Source: Opitutia bacterium | Lineage (GTDB): Bacteria > Verrucomicrobiota > Verrucomicrobiia > Opitutales > T3Sed10-336 | Assembly (NCBI GenBank): GCA_050506795.1 | Contig: JBJHCF010000009.1 | Coordinates: 1-64,000, forward strand | Reading direction: 5' to 3' | Length of the DNA: 64,000 nucleotides | In this document: positions 12,060-22,701 of the stretch, in pieces | Layout: each line of letters opens with the position of its first letter | How positions within the stretch are numbered: position 1 is the first letter of the stretch | Translations under genes and position numbers: made by a program | The notes under the pieces: generated by a model | What the model was told of the DNA's origin: nothing | The model's database searches: none | Seen by the model: the letters and a program-made list of their open reading frames with translations, nothing else

Positions 12060-13250
12060 ATGTCCGTCGCAAGCGACCTGCAACTTCTTCAAAACGCCAC
12101 CGATACCGTTATCAGCCCGGAAGAGCTGGATCGGAAACTGGCGCTGGGCCGTCCGCTCCGGGTGAAACTCGGCCTCGATCCCACCCGTCCGGATCTCACG
12201 CTGGGACACGCCGTGGTGTTCCAGAAACTGCGTCAGTTCCAGGACCTCGGTCACGAAGCCCACCTGGTGATCGGCGACTTCACCGCCACAATCGGCGACC
12301 CTTCCGGGCGCTCCGCCCTGCGACCGCAACTCACCAGGGAAGAAGTTGAAGCCAACGCGACAACCTACCTGGAACAGGCGTTTCGAGTCATCGATAAGTC
12401 CAAAACCGTCATTCACCGCAACAGTTCCTGGTTCGACCGCATGTCGTTCGAGGACGTGCTGATCCTTACGCGCAAAATGACGGTCGCCCGCATGCTCGAG
12501 CGCGACGATTTTTCCAAGCGCTACCAGGCGAACGCTCCGATTTCCATTGTTGAGTTCCTCTATCCGCTGGTGCAGGGGCATGACTCGGTGAAGCTGGTTT
12601 CCGACGTCGAACTGGGCGGCCGTGATCAGTTGTTCAATATGCTGGTGGGACGGCAACTGCAGAAAGACGCCGGCCAGGAGGAGCAGGTCGTGATCTGCAT
12701 GCCCCTGCTGGTGGGCACCGACGGCACCCAGAAGATGTCCAAAAGCCTGGACAATTACATCGCGTTCAACGACCCCCCAAAGGAAATGTTCGGCAAGATC
12801 ATGTCGATCGCCGACGACCTCATGTGGAGTTATTTCACCCTCCTTCTGGGCAAGAGCCCCGAGGAAATCGGGGCCATGAAGAAGGAGCATCCCATGGAGA
12901 TGAAAAAGCTTCTGGCGGAAACCCTCACCGCCCGCTTTCACTCTCCCGAGGACGGCCGGCGCGAGCGCGCCGCATTCGAGCAGGTTTTCTCCCGGCATGA
13001 AACGCCAGATGACATGCCGGAGGTGACCTGGAGTTCGGTGCAATCGGGTGCCGGAGAGCCCACCCTGCTCGACGCCTTGAACGCGAGCGGGTTGCTGCCG
13101 AGCAAAAAGGAAGCCCGGCGCCTGATTCAGCAGGGCGCGGTAAAGATCGACGGGGAGAAGATCGAAACCCCTGAGCACCCGCTGCCCGCCACCGCCGGAA
13201 CCCGCGTAATCCAGGCGGGCAAGCGCAGATTCTTTCGCTTGATTCCTTGA
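12060..13250 (+). CDS. tyrS: Tyrosine--tRNA ligase
   Basis: KLGLDPT..DLTLGH, YPLVQGHD, LGGRDQLFN, KMSKS, C-terminal S4 domain; start at MSVASDL. Confidence 0.95.
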   Translation: MSVASDLQLLQNATDTVISPEELDRKLALGRPLRVKLGLDPTRPDLTLGHAVVFQKLRQFQDLGHEAHLVIGDFTATIGDPSGRSALRPQLTREEVEANATTYLEQAFRVIDKSKTVIHRNSSWFDRMSFEDVLILTRKMTVARMLERDDFSKRYQANAPISIVEFLYPLVQGHDSVKLVSDVELGGRDQLFNMLVGRQLQKDAGQEEQVVICMPLLVGTDGTQKMSKSLDNYIAFNDPPKEMFGKIMSIADDLMWSYFTLLLGKSPEEIGAMKKEHPMEMKKLLAETLTARFHSPEDGRRERAAFEQVFSRHETPDDMPEVTWSSVQSGAGEPTLLDALNASGLLPSKKEARRLIQQGAVKIDGEKIETPEHPLPATAGTRVIQAGKRRFFRLIP

Positions 13251-13259
13251 GAAGCCGCC

Positions 13260-14216
13260 TTACACCGCCCCGGCGCGCCGGGCACGGGACCGCGCCTTGC
13301 CGACACTCGCGGCGGACCCGGATTCGGTCGCGTTCACCGGGTGGTTGGTCAGGGTTTCCAGGAGCTTTTGCAGGGCGGGCGTCATCACCTTCCCCTTGCG
13401 GTGAAGGATCGCCAGCGGCCGACTGCGGCGCTTGGCATCGATTTCCACCGCGGCCAGGGCGCCCCGGGCCACTTCCTGCTTCACCGTAGCCGCGGGCACG
13501 ATCGCCACGCCGGCATCAATTTCGACCGCCCGTTTAACCGTCTCGATGTTGTCGAACTCCATGACCGGATCGACGGTCAGTCGCCTCTCCCGGAACATGG
13601 CGTCAATTCCTTTGCGAGTGGGAATATCCGCGTCGAATCCGACGAATTTGTTACGCGCGATCTCTTCGAGCGACACGCTCGATTCCGAGGCCAGCGGATT
13701 ATCGGGATGACAAATCAGCACGAGGGTGTCCTCGCGGAAGGGAATAATCTCGATTCCTTTGGTTTTTACCGGGAAAGCAACCAGGCCGAGATCGAAGGAA
13801 TTCTGCAGAATATCCTCGTAAACGTGATTGGACCGGCGGTATTCCACCCGCAGGTTCACCGCCGGGAACTCCTTCAGGAAGCGTTTGATATAGGGGGGCA
13901 ACTCATGCAATCCGATGCTGTAAATCGTGGAGAGATTGATCGGTCCGCTGACCACGTTCTTCATTTCCTGCAGCTCGCTGTTCAAGGTCTCGGTAATCGC
14001 GAGGATGCGCTGGGCGGCCGCGTAGAGCTTTTTTCCCTCGGGTGTCAGCCGAAACTGTTTCTGGCTTCGGTCAACGATCAAAATATTGTAGTGCTTCTCC
14101 ATGGCCCGGAGCTGCTGGCTGACCGCCGACTGGGTGATTCCGTTCAACTTGGCCGACTTGGAAAAGCTCTCGCTGTGCACCAGATCGGAAAAAACTTTCA
14201 GATTTTCGATATGCAT
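13260..14216 (-). CDS. LysR-family transcriptional regulator
   Basis: SFSKSAKLNGITQSAVSQQLRAME HTH plus substrate-binding domain. Confidence 0.92.
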   Translation of the reverse strand: MHIENLKVFSDLVHSESFSKSAKLNGITQSAVSQQLRAMEKHYNILIVDRSQKQFRLTPEGKKLYAAAQRILAITETLNSELQEMKNVVSGPINLSTIYSIGLHELPPYIKRFLKEFPAVNLRVEYRRSNHVYEDILQNSFDLGLVAFPVKTKGIEIIPFREDTLVLICHPDNPLASESSVSLEEIARNKFVGFDADIPTRKGIDAMFRERRLTVDPVMEFDNIETVKRAVEIDAGVAIVPAATVKQEVARGALAAVEIDAKRRSRPLAILHRKGKVMTPALQKLLETLTNHPVNATESGSAASVGKARSRARRAGAV

Positions 14217-14271
14217 CGGGTCAATAATGACATCTACTAATCAAAAGTCAATAGATCCAAAAGCCTTTCTT

Positions 14272-14970
14272 ATGCTCATATCCTACGAAACTTTCGCCGC
14301 CCGGGCCCGCGAGCTCGAGAAAACGATCGCCGAATTCTGCGCGGACGCGGGACGCTTGGCCTCGGAGGTCAAGTTGATGGCCGTAACCAAAACCCACCCG
14401 CCCGCGGCCGCCGAATACGCCGCGCGCTACGGCCTTCCATGCGTGGGTGAGAACCGTGTGCAGGAAGCGGTCACCAAAATTGAGGAGGCGCGAACCGAAA
14501 TTCCCTGGGAACTGATCGGGCACCTCCAGTCGAACAAAGCCGCCCTGGCGGTCAGGAATTTCGCTCGCATCCAAAGCGTCGACCGGAAAAAACTCGTCGT
14601 CCGCCTCAACGAATGCTGCGAACGGGAAAACCGGTCCCTGCCCATTCTGCTTCAGGTCAACGCCGGCCGGGACAGCGCCAAATTCGGGATTCCTCCGGAG
14701 GAGGCGGCAGGCTTGCTCAAGGCGGCGCTGGAGGCTCCCCGGCTTCAAGTCCAGGGATTGATGACAATAGCGCCTCTATCCGATAACCCAGCGGTGGCCC
14801 GCACCACCTTCGCGCGACTGCGGGAACTGCGCGACGAACTGCAGGACCGGTACCGGATCGCCCTGCCCGAATTGTCGATGGGAATGAGCGCCGATCTGCG
14901 CGAAGCCATCCGTGAGGGCTCCACCTGTGTGCGTGTCGGCTCGGCGTTATTCGGTCCACGCCACCCATAA
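14272..14970 (+). CDS. yggS: PLP homeostasis protein (YggS/PLPBP)
   Basis: AVTKT, GENRVQE, IGHLQSNK, LSMGMSAD, VRVGSALFG. Confidence 0.93.
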   Translation: MLISYETFAARARELEKTIAEFCADAGRLASEVKLMAVTKTHPPAAAEYAARYGLPCVGENRVQEAVTKIEEARTEIPWELIGHLQSNKAALAVRNFARIQSVDRKKLVVRLNECCERENRSLPILLQVNAGRDSAKFGIPPEEAAGLLKAALEAPRLQVQGLMTIAPLSDNPAVARTTFARLRELRDELQDRYRIALPELSMGMSADLREAIREGSTCVRVGSALFGPRHP

Positions 14971-15052
14971 CGCATCGTCCGCCGCGGTCCGCCAGGCATT
15001 CGCCATGCCTTTATAGATTGCGCCAAACCGGATTTTGGGCTTCTTTACTGGC

Positions 15053-15922
15053 GTGGAAACTCGACCGTACAGTCGGCCTCTTCAAGCGGCCCTTCGCACC
15101 CTGATCGACGACCCGAATCCGGTGGTGCGGAAAGCCCTGCTGGATAAACTCAAGGAGGATGAAGCCTCCGGGGGAGCATTTCTGCGCGAGATCGCCGAAG
15201 GTGACAATCGCGTGCTGGCCGTCCACGCCGCCCGCTTCCTGCGGGAACTCAAATTCGCCAACCCCCAGGCGGAGTTCTTCGATTTCATTCAATCCCTTAA
15301 TTACGAACTGGAAACCGGATCGCTTTTGCTTTGCCGGGTGATCTACCCGGACCTCGACATCGGTCGTTACTGCGGCTTTCTGGACGAGGTGGCCGCCCGC
15401 GTGCGGGAAATCATGCTTCCACCCATGTCCGCCCGGGAACAATGCCGCTCCCTCAACCGCGTGCTGTTTCACGAATACGGCTTTCGGGGCAACGCGGAGG
15501 CCTATTCCGATCCGCGAAACAGCTTTCTTACCGAGGTGATTGGTCGCAAGCGCGGAATACCGATCACGCTGAGCATTCTCTACATCCTGATCGCGCAGCG
15601 TTGCCGGCTCACCTTGGAGCCGGTGGGTCTCCCCGGGCATTTTCTTGTCGGGTGTTTCTCGGACAAAATGCCGTTCTTCATCGATCCCTTCGCCGGAGGC
15701 GCCTTCCGTTCGCCCGACGAGGTTTTCTCCATGCTCCGTCGCCATAAGATCCCCCCCAAGCTGACCTACCTCGCACCCATGCCGGTGCGCGAAGTGCTTT
15801 GCCGCAACTGCCGAAACCTCGTCAACCAATACCGTGCGGCCCAAAAGCCCGACCTCTCGCGACTATTCGCCCGCTTTGTCGATGAATTCGAAGCCACCTA
15901 CCGCCGCCACGCAAAATCCTGA
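15053..15922 (+). CDS. Transglutaminase-like SirB1/YchA-family protein
   Basis: GFRGNAEAYSDPRNSFL, RKRGIPITLS, PGHFL, IDPF; start uncertain (GTG 15053). Confidence 0.8.
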   Translation: METRPYSRPLQAALRTLIDDPNPVVRKALLDKLKEDEASGGAFLREIAEGDNRVLAVHAARFLRELKFANPQAEFFDFIQSLNYELETGSLLLCRVIYPDLDIGRYCGFLDEVAARVREIMLPPMSAREQCRSLNRVLFHEYGFRGNAEAYSDPRNSFLTEVIGRKRGIPITLSILYILIAQRCRLTLEPVGLPGHFLVGCFSDKMPFFIDPFAGGAFRSPDEVFSMLRRHKIPPKLTYLAPMPVREVLCRNCRNLVNQYRAAQKPDLSRLFARFVDEFEATYRRHAKS

Positions 15923-16823
15923 GCAAACGGTCTTCACCCTGGAGGACCTGCAAACCTGGAACTACGAGGGGGTCAGCCTCGCCGTGCTTGGGCACCCGGT
16001 GGCCCATTCCATCAGCCCGGCGATGCACAATGCCGCGCTGGCGAAGATGGCCGAGGCCGATCCGCGATTCCAGCGCTGGCGTTACTTCAAATTCGATATC
16101 CCGCCAGGCAACCTGCCGGCAGCCATGCCGTTGCTTCATCAGCGGGGCTTTTATGGCGTAAACCTTACCATTCCCCACAAAACGGAGGTCCTGCCCCTGC
16201 TGGACGAGATCGACCCGGAAGCCAAACGGATGGGCGCCGTGAACACATTGCGTCGCCTGGAATCGGGGTACGAGGGATTCAACAGCGACGGTTACGGACT
16301 CTCCACCGCCGTGGCCGAAGAGCTCGGTATCCGCCTGGCCGAAAAACCGGTGGTCCTCCTGGGCGCGGGCGGTGCGGCGAGAGCCGCGGCGGTCCAATGC
16401 CTGACCGAGTCGTGCCCGGAACTCTGGCTGGGCAATCGCAACCCCGACCGGCTTGCCGCGCTGCGAGATAATATCGCCCGGTTCAAAAGCTCGTCCACCA
16501 GGCTCGAGGCTTTCGCCTTGACCGATCTTCCGCAAGGTTTCCCGGACGATGCTCTGATAATCAATGCCACCTCGGTCGGACTTCGTCCCGATGACCCGTC
16601 TCCGCTCGATCTCACTCGTCTGCGCGGCACCTACGCCGTTTATGATATGATCTACAATCCCCCGGAAACCTCTCTGATGGAATCCGCGCGTCGTCTCGGC
16701 ATGCCGGTCGCCAACGGTCTTTCCATGTTGGTGCATCAGGGCGTGCGCTCCCTGCAAATCTGGTCCAACGCCACCGTCCCGGTGGATGCCATGATTCAAG
16801 CCGCTCGACATCGCGCCTGCTAA
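15882..16823 (+). CDS. aroE: Shikimate dehydrogenase
   Basis: GHPVAHSISP, NLTIPHK, GAVNT, NSDG, GAGGAA, NATSVG, MLVHQG. Confidence 0.93.
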   Translation: MNSKPPTAATQNPEQTVFTLEDLQTWNYEGVSLAVLGHPVAHSISPAMHNAALAKMAEADPRFQRWRYFKFDIPPGNLPAAMPLLHQRGFYGVNLTIPHKTEVLPLLDEIDPEAKRMGAVNTLRRLESGYEGFNSDGYGLSTAVAEELGIRLAEKPVVLLGAGGAARAAAVQCLTESCPELWLGNRNPDRLAALRDNIARFKSSSTRLEAFALTDLPQGFPDDALIINATSVGLRPDDPSPLDLTRLRGTYAVYDMIYNPPETSLMESARRLGMPVANGLSMLVHQGVRSLQIWSNATVPVDAMIQAARHRAC

Positions 16824-16892
16824 CTCCTGCTAACTCCGCCCGAACTCCCGCCGGCCGGCCCACCTTATAATCCGACAAACCTTCCTGTATCC

Positions 16893-17789
16893 ATGCTCAC
16901 CGAAATCGCCTCGATCGATGAACACTTTCCCTGGTTCTTCACCTCGCTCTCTTTTATATTCGGCGCCATTGTCGGAAGCTTCCTCAATGTATGCATCTAC
17001 CGGATACCGGCCGAGAAGTCGGTCATCACTCCGGGCTCGCACTGCGCTTGCGGCAAACCGATCGCCTGGTATGACAACATCCCGATTCTTAGCTGGATCC
17101 TCCTGCGGGGGAAGGCACGTTGCTGCGGATCCCGTTTCAGTTTCCGCTATCCCTTGGTCGAACTGCTGACCGCCGGTCTTTTCCTGCTTTGCTGGATCCA
17201 GTTTCCACCGGCCATGGCGCTATGCGGATGGGTATTCGTATCCATCCTGATATGCTCCACCTTTATCGATCTGGACCACATGATCATTCCGGACCGATTC
17301 ACCATTGGAGCCGCCATGGTGGGCCTGGGGTTGGCGTTCCTTTTTCCGGTTTTGCACGGCCAGACGGAGGGATTGCTGCTGATCGACAACCTCCGCGCAC
17401 TGATTATCGCCGCCATAGGTCTCCTGATCGGATCGGCTACCGTATTGTGGATCGCCCTGGTTTCGGAGATCGTGCTTCGCAAGGAAACCATGGGGTTCGG
17501 CGACGTTAAATTTCTCGGCGCCATCGGCGCCTTCACCGGGTGGGAGGGGGCAATTTTCGCCATATTCGGCGGTGCGATCATCGGCACCGCGGGACTCCTC
17601 GTGTTCCTCGCTCTACGGCCGTTCTTGCCGAAGAACCCCGATCCGGAGTCCGGCCTTCTCGGGCGGCCCATTCCATTCGGTCCCATGCTGGCATTGGGCG
17701 GATTATTGTATTTCCTATTCCTGCGCGAACCGGTCGATGCTTACTTTCTGGAAAACGCCGAAATGCTTTTCGGAGAATTCTCGCCGTAA
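16893..17789 (+). CDS. pilD: Prepilin peptidase (A24)
   Basis: GSFLNVCIYRIP, Cys cluster, DLDHMIIPD, MGFGDVK, IPFGP. Confidence 0.92.
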   Translation: MLTEIASIDEHFPWFFTSLSFIFGAIVGSFLNVCIYRIPAEKSVITPGSHCACGKPIAWYDNIPILSWILLRGKARCCGSRFSFRYPLVELLTAGLFLLCWIQFPPAMALCGWVFVSILICSTFIDLDHMIIPDRFTIGAAMVGLGLAFLFPVLHGQTEGLLLIDNLRALIIAAIGLLIGSATVLWIALVSEIVLRKETMGFGDVKFLGAIGAFTGWEGAIFAIFGGAIIGTAGLLVFLALRPFLPKNPDPESGLLGRPIPFGPMLALGGLLYFLFLREPVDAYFLENAEMLFGEFSP

Positions 17790-17818
17790 AAAAACCCGCA
17801 GTTCTCACCGCGGGTTTG
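17790..17818. terminator. Bidirectional terminator between pilD and HU gene
   Basis: AAACCCGC...GCGGGTTT inverted repeat with A-tract. Confidence 0.7.
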
Positions 17819-17840
17819 TGGAAACTCAATGTGATGGTGG

Positions 17841-18116
17841 TTACGCCATCGCCTTCAGCGCCGCTCCCGGTTTAAACTTCACCGTTTTCGAAGCCTTGAT
17901 GGAAATCGTTTCTTTGGTGCGGGGATTGATCCCCTTCCGCGCCGCACGTTTGGCCACCGAAAAGGTGCCGAACCCGACCAGCTGCACTCCCTTGTCTTTC
18001 TTGACCCCCTTCTTGATCGCATCCAGTACCGAATCCACCGCGCGTTCCGCCGCGGCTTTCGATGTTTCCTTACCTAGCGTCTTCTGAACTTCTTCCACGA
18101 GTTCTGATTTGTTCAT
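17841..18116 (-). CDS. hup: HU family DNA-binding protein
   Basis: [32 protein letters not shown]. Confidence 0.95.
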   Translation of the reverse strand: MNKSELVEEVQKTLGKETSKAAAERAVDSVLDAIKKGVKKDKGVQLVGFGTFSVAKRAARKGINPRTKETISIKASKTVKFKPGAALKAMA

Positions 18117-18223
18117 TGCTTGATTCCTTTTCTAATTGAATTAGTGGGCTGCAATCCTACCCCACGCCATGCGGAGCAGTACGATGAACCGAAAACAAGG
18201 GGCTTTCCCGGGTTCAGTCAACA

Positions 18224-18487
18224 TTAATCCGCCTGTTTATGCGGATTCCCGGGATGCCGTTCGCCGAACTCGCCGGAACTCGGACCGCTTTCCCGATAGA
18301 CTTCCCCACGACGTCCGTAAGCGAACACCTTGAGAAGGTATTCCATGGCATCGACGCGGCCGATCCCGCGCTCCCGCTCAAGCTGGTCGGCGCGCTTCTG
18401 CAACTGTGCAGCCATCACCGCCGAGCGACCGGGATCAACCCCGTGGGATTCAAGAAACGTCTGCAACTGCCGGCGTTCGGTATTCAT
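18224..18487 (-). CDS. Hypothetical protein
   Basis: 87-aa helical ORF abutting the ygfZ stop codon. Confidence 0.6.
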   Translation of the reverse strand: MNTERRQLQTFLESHGVDPGRSAVMAAQLQKRADQLERERGIGRVDAMEYLLKVFAYGRRGEVYRESGPSSGEFGERHPGNPHKQAD

Positions 18488-19429
18488 CTAAGGTCGCGGA
18501 TTCTGACGCCCCAAAATTCGGATACATGCCTTTCCGTCCGGACGCAATGAGAGACCCTCGGCCTGTTCGGCAACCGAGCGATCCACCAGGACAAAAGCGA
18601 GCCGCTCCCCATCACGTTCACCGAGCGAGGTGATACGCCCGGCCTCCTTTCCGTTGTGATAAACCGGACAGGGAATCCGCTCGGCCGGTTCTTCCAGTCT
18701 TGCCGTCACCAGGCCGCGCCGCAACCGCCCTTTATGCCGCAATCGCGCCATAACCTCCTGCCCGGTGTAACACCCTTTTTCATACGATACCGCAATCCGT
18801 TCCAGACCCCCCTCCTGCGGAAGCGCGCCGCAAGCGACATCCAACATCGCAGCCGGCATTCCGGAACCTATCCGCTCGAAGTGAAAATCCGATTCGCCGG
18901 CCCATTTTCCCGCACCCGCGGCCAACCGATCCTTCACCAAATGGGAGATCGATTCCCACCGGTCCGACAGGACCACAACCTCGAACGCCCCGTTTGCCGA
19001 CCACCAGGCCGGAACAATCCAGATCCAGTTCTCGGGCCGGGTGTAGGTTCCGGGCTGGGGAACCTGCCAACCGAGAGCCTCGATCAGATCCCGCGCACCA
19101 GTCCCCCAAAGCGTCAGCGCCTTAACCTGATCCGTGTGGTCGTCGACTATGACATCATCGGAAAAAACAAACGTCTCAAGCCGTTCCTGCAGCGCCGAGG
19201 CCGGGGTTATGCCGCTGTATAAAATAAACCGATTTCCTTCCCCCCGAAGCACCAGGCTGTCTCCCTCGAGCCCGCCCTTGGCGTTCAGCCAAAGACCGTA
19301 TGTGGCGGCATTCGCCACCGATGAATCGAGATTGTTGCTGAACTGCCCCTGGAGAAAAGCGAACGCATCCTCCCCGGAGACTTCGACCCAGGCCGCAGGT
19401 GAATATGAATAGGCCAACAAATCCGCCAT
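18488..19429 (-). CDS. ygfZ: Folate-binding protein YgfZ/GcvT-like
   Basis: VSGEDAFAFLQGQ and signature KGCYTGQE; start uncertain. Confidence 0.88.
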   Translation of the reverse strand: MADLLAYSYSPAAWVEVSGEDAFAFLQGQFSNNLDSSVANAATYGLWLNAKGGLEGDSLVLRGEGNRFILYSGITPASALQERLETFVFSDDVIVDDHTDQVKALTLWGTGARDLIEALGWQVPQPGTYTRPENWIWIVPAWWSANGAFEVVVLSDRWESISHLVKDRLAAGAGKWAGESDFHFERIGSGMPAAMLDVACGALPQEGGLERIAVSYEKGCYTGQEVMARLRHKGRLRRGLVTARLEEPAERIPCPVYHNGKEAGRITSLGERDGERLAFVLVDRSVAEQAEGLSLRPDGKACIRILGRQNPRP

Positions 19430-19613
19430 GGAGCGCATCGTCCTCCTTTTCCATCGCGAGCGCAATGCGGGAATCCGCCCGCGCAGACTACAGACTCATT
19501 GCGCCGCCCCATAAGATCCCCTTTTCACTCCATTAGATTTGATAAGACTTTCTGATTTGACATTGACTCAACAATAACCAGCCCTTATCTATAAAACCAT
19601 CAGCCAACACTTT

Positions 19614-19701
19614 CTCCCGCTAGTCGGGAGTTTTGGGGTAACTAAGAAAGCAGTACGGGGCGGACCGTTTTGGGGTAGACGGTCCGCCTTTACTGTTTTT
19701 T
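19614..19701 (+). promoter_or_regulatory. Structured leader or small RNA with terminator upstream of DAHP synthase
   Basis: Hairpin CTCCCG-ctagt-CGGGAG, then long GC stem 19650-19696 followed by a T-tract; TTTTGGGGTA occurs twice. Confidence 0.55.
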
Positions 19702-19755
19702 CGCACAAGAAAACAATTTGCACCCTTCCGGCCATTGGACATATTGATACAGGTT

Positions 19756-20820
19756 GTGCAGAAAGTAACCGACATCAATGTTTTCGAAACCCGGCCGCTG
19801 CCGTCGCCCATTGAGCTGCTGCAGGAGATCCCGCGCAGCCAAACCCAGGAGGAGCTGATCGTTCGCAGCCGGGAGGAAATCCACGAAATTATTTTCGGGG
19901 ACGACAAGCGCCTGTTGTTCGTGGTGGGCCCCTGCTCGATCCACGACCCTGAGGCGGGGCTGGAGTACGCGAGACGCCTTTCCGGGCTGGCTCGAGAGGT
20001 CTCCGACCGGCTGCTGCTGGTGATGCGGGTCTACTTCGAAAAGCCGCGCACAACGGTCGGATGGAAGGGGTTGATCATGGACCCGAACCTCGACAATTCC
20101 TGCGACATTCCTCGCGGGCTGGCCGGGGCTCGGACCTTTCTCGGGAAGGTGCTGGATGAAGGTTTGCCCACCGCTACCGAACTCCTGGATCCGATCACGC
20201 CGCAGTACATCGCGGACCTAATCAGCTGGTCGGCGATCGGAGCGCGCACCACCGAATCGCAAACCCATCGGCAAATGGCCTCGGGCCTCTCCATGCCGCT
20301 CGGATTCAAGAACGGAACCGACGGAAACATCACCACCGCGATCAACGCCATTCGCGCGGCATCGGAGCAGCAGACTTTTCTCGGAATCAACCAGGACGGG
20401 CGGTCCTCGGCCGTCACCACCCGGGGCAATCCCAGTTGTCACCTCATACTGCGGGGTGGCTCCAGGGGACCGAACTACGAAAAACCCTTTGTCGACGAAG
20501 CCCGGACCGCGTTAAAGGCCGCCGGATTGATTCCGGCGATCATGATCGACTGCAATCACGGCAACAGCAGGAAGGATCCGGAAAATCAGTCCCTGGTCGC
20601 CGCCAATGCACTGGGTCAGATCCAGGAAGGCGACACTTCCGTCATTGGATTTATGGTGGAAAGCAACATCAACCCCGGCAAACAAGCGTTTCCCCGGCCG
20701 CGGGAGGAACTCGCCTACGGGGTATCGATCACTGACGGCTGCCTCGGTTGGGAGGCCACGGAAGAATTGATTCGTGACACCTACCGGGCCCTGGAATCGC
20801 GCTTCGCCGTCAACGCCTGA
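19756..20820 (+). CDS. DAHP synthase class I-alpha (AroF/G/H type)
   Basis: VGPCSIHD, RVYFEKPRTTVGWKG, IGARTTESQTHR, GVSITDGC. Confidence 0.95.
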   Translation: MQKVTDINVFETRPLPSPIELLQEIPRSQTQEELIVRSREEIHEIIFGDDKRLLFVVGPCSIHDPEAGLEYARRLSGLAREVSDRLLLVMRVYFEKPRTTVGWKGLIMDPNLDNSCDIPRGLAGARTFLGKVLDEGLPTATELLDPITPQYIADLISWSAIGARTTESQTHRQMASGLSMPLGFKNGTDGNITTAINAIRAASEQQTFLGINQDGRSSAVTTRGNPSCHLILRGGSRGPNYEKPFVDEARTALKAAGLIPAIMIDCNHGNSRKDPENQSLVAANALGQIQEGDTSVIGFMVESNINPGKQAFPRPREELAYGVSITDGCLGWEATEELIRDTYRALESRFAVNA

Positions 20821-20827
20821 AACCGGC

Positions 20828-22600
20828 TCAGGCTTCAAGAATCCGGGTCACCTCCCCCACCGATCGGGTGTTCAAAACCGATTCTTTCGTCAGCCACCCT
20901 TTGCGGGCCACCAAAATGCCGGTGCGAACGAACCGCAAACCGTCAACCGAATGGGCGTCCGGATTGATACTGGTCATAACGCCCCTGGCGGCCGCTCGTT
21001 TCCAGTAACGCCAATCCATGTCGAGGCGACGGGGATGCCCGTTGATCTCCAGGATCACCTTATTGGCGGCCGCGGCATCAATGATCTTCGCATAATCGAC
21101 CCGATAACCTTCGCGCGCCAGCAGGAGGCGCCCGGTTAGATGTCCGATCATGGTGACACTCGGATGTTCGATAGCGCGAATGATCCGGCTGGTCATCTCC
21201 TCCTGCGTTTTGCTGAACGAGGAATGTACAGAAGCCACGACATAATCGAGCTCGGCAAGAATCGAGTCATCGAGATCCATTCGGCCGTCGGGAAGAATGT
21301 CGCACTCCACTCCGGCGAACACGTGTACCTTGGATTTCCCGGACGCGTTGAATTTGCGAATCTCCTCCAACTGGCGGGCCAGACGCTCCTCGTTCAACCC
21401 GTTGGCCTGAAAGCTCGCTTTGGAGTGGTCGGCAATCCCTATATAATCCCAACCGAGATCTTCGGCGGCCCGCACCATCTCCTGCAGAGAGTGCCTACCG
21501 TCACTCGCCGTCGTGTGATTGTGAAACGCGCCGCGGAGGTCGGACGCCTCCACCAAACTCGGCAACTCGCCCGCTTCCGCCGCTTCAATCTCATCCAACC
21601 CTTCGCGCAATTCCGGCGGAATCTCCTCCAATCCCAGGAAGCCGAACAATTCCGCCTCGCTGCGAATCGTACTGGGATCATCGGGAGTGCCGGGTTTGGG
21701 ATTCCTGGAACGCCCCCCTTCCTTGCGCGCGGGTTTTCCTTCTTCCGCCGTCAATCCCCACTCGCTGAGGCTGAAGCCAAAAGACAGCGCACGTTGTCGC
21801 ATTTTCACGTTGTGGTCCTTGGATCCGGTAAAGTGATGCAGGGCGAACGCGAACTGGTCCGCCGGCACCACGCGCAAATCCGCCTGCAAGCCGCCCTGGA
21901 GTCGAATGCTGGATTTGGTTTCACCGGATGCCGTGACCTCGGTCACCGCTTCCTGACCGGTAAACCAATCCATGACCGGCCGGGCATCACCGGCCGCGAC
22001 AATAAAATCGAGATCTCCCACCGTCTCCAGGCAACGCCGCAAACTCCCGGCATGCTCGGCCCGCTCCACTTCCGGCAATCCGCGCAACCCATCCAGAATC
22101 GGCTCGGCGACCTGAAACGCCTCCCACCAGAGGTGTCTTTTCGCGTAAGCTTCACGATTACGGATGCCGGAAAGAATCTTTTCTTCCGATTTCTTCCCGA
22201 ATCCCTCCAGGGCGGAAACCCGCCCTTCGCTGCAGGCTGCGGACAACTCCTCCAGGGTGGTAATACCCAACTCGCTGTAGATCGCCTTGATTTTTTTCGG
22301 TCCGAGGCCCGGAACCTCCAGCATGTCGAAAAGCCCCGCCGGCAATGAAGCCTTCAATTCCAGGTACAGCGGCAACTCCCCGGTTTCATGCAGCCGGACA
22401 ATCTTCTCCGCCAAAGCCTTTCCGATCCCGGAGACCTGATCCAGACGCTCCTCCGCGATCAAGACCCCGAGATCCTCCTCCAGATTCTCCAATGCACGCG
22501 CTCCGCTCGAATACGCGCGCACCTTGAACGCATTTTCCCCGCGCAACTCCAGCATCACTCCGATCTCACGGAGCACATCGGCAATTTCGACTCGGTCCAT
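20828..22600 (-). CDS. polX: DNA polymerase X with PHP domain
   Basis: [43 protein letters not shown]. Confidence 0.93.
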   Translation of the reverse strand: MDRVEIADVLREIGVMLELRGENAFKVRAYSSGARALENLEEDLGVLIAEERLDQVSGIGKALAEKIVRLHETGELPLYLELKASLPAGLFDMLEVPGLGPKKIKAIYSELGITTLEELSAACSEGRVSALEGFGKKSEEKILSGIRNREAYAKRHLWWEAFQVAEPILDGLRGLPEVERAEHAGSLRRCLETVGDLDFIVAAGDARPVMDWFTGQEAVTEVTASGETKSSIRLQGGLQADLRVVPADQFAFALHHFTGSKDHNVKMRQRALSFGFSLSEWGLTAEEGKPARKEGGRSRNPKPGTPDDPSTIRSEAELFGFLGLEEIPPELREGLDEIEAAEAGELPSLVEASDLRGAFHNHTTASDGRHSLQEMVRAAEDLGWDYIGIADHSKASFQANGLNEERLARQLEEIRKFNASGKSKVHVFAGVECDILPDGRMDLDDSILAELDYVVASVHSSFSKTQEEMTSRIIRAIEHPSVTMIGHLTGRLLLAREGYRVDYAKIIDAAAANKVILEINGHPRRLDMDWRYWKRAAARGVMTSINPDAHSVDGLRFVRTGILVARKGWLTKESVLNTRSVGEVTRILEA

Positions 22601-22701
22601 AATTTTCGCCCCAACAAACCCACTCCCCGAACAAATGTCAAAACCCTCCACCCGGCGGCAAACGTCGAGGTTCTGATGCCGGGTCTCTCAATCCCGGGCG
22701 G

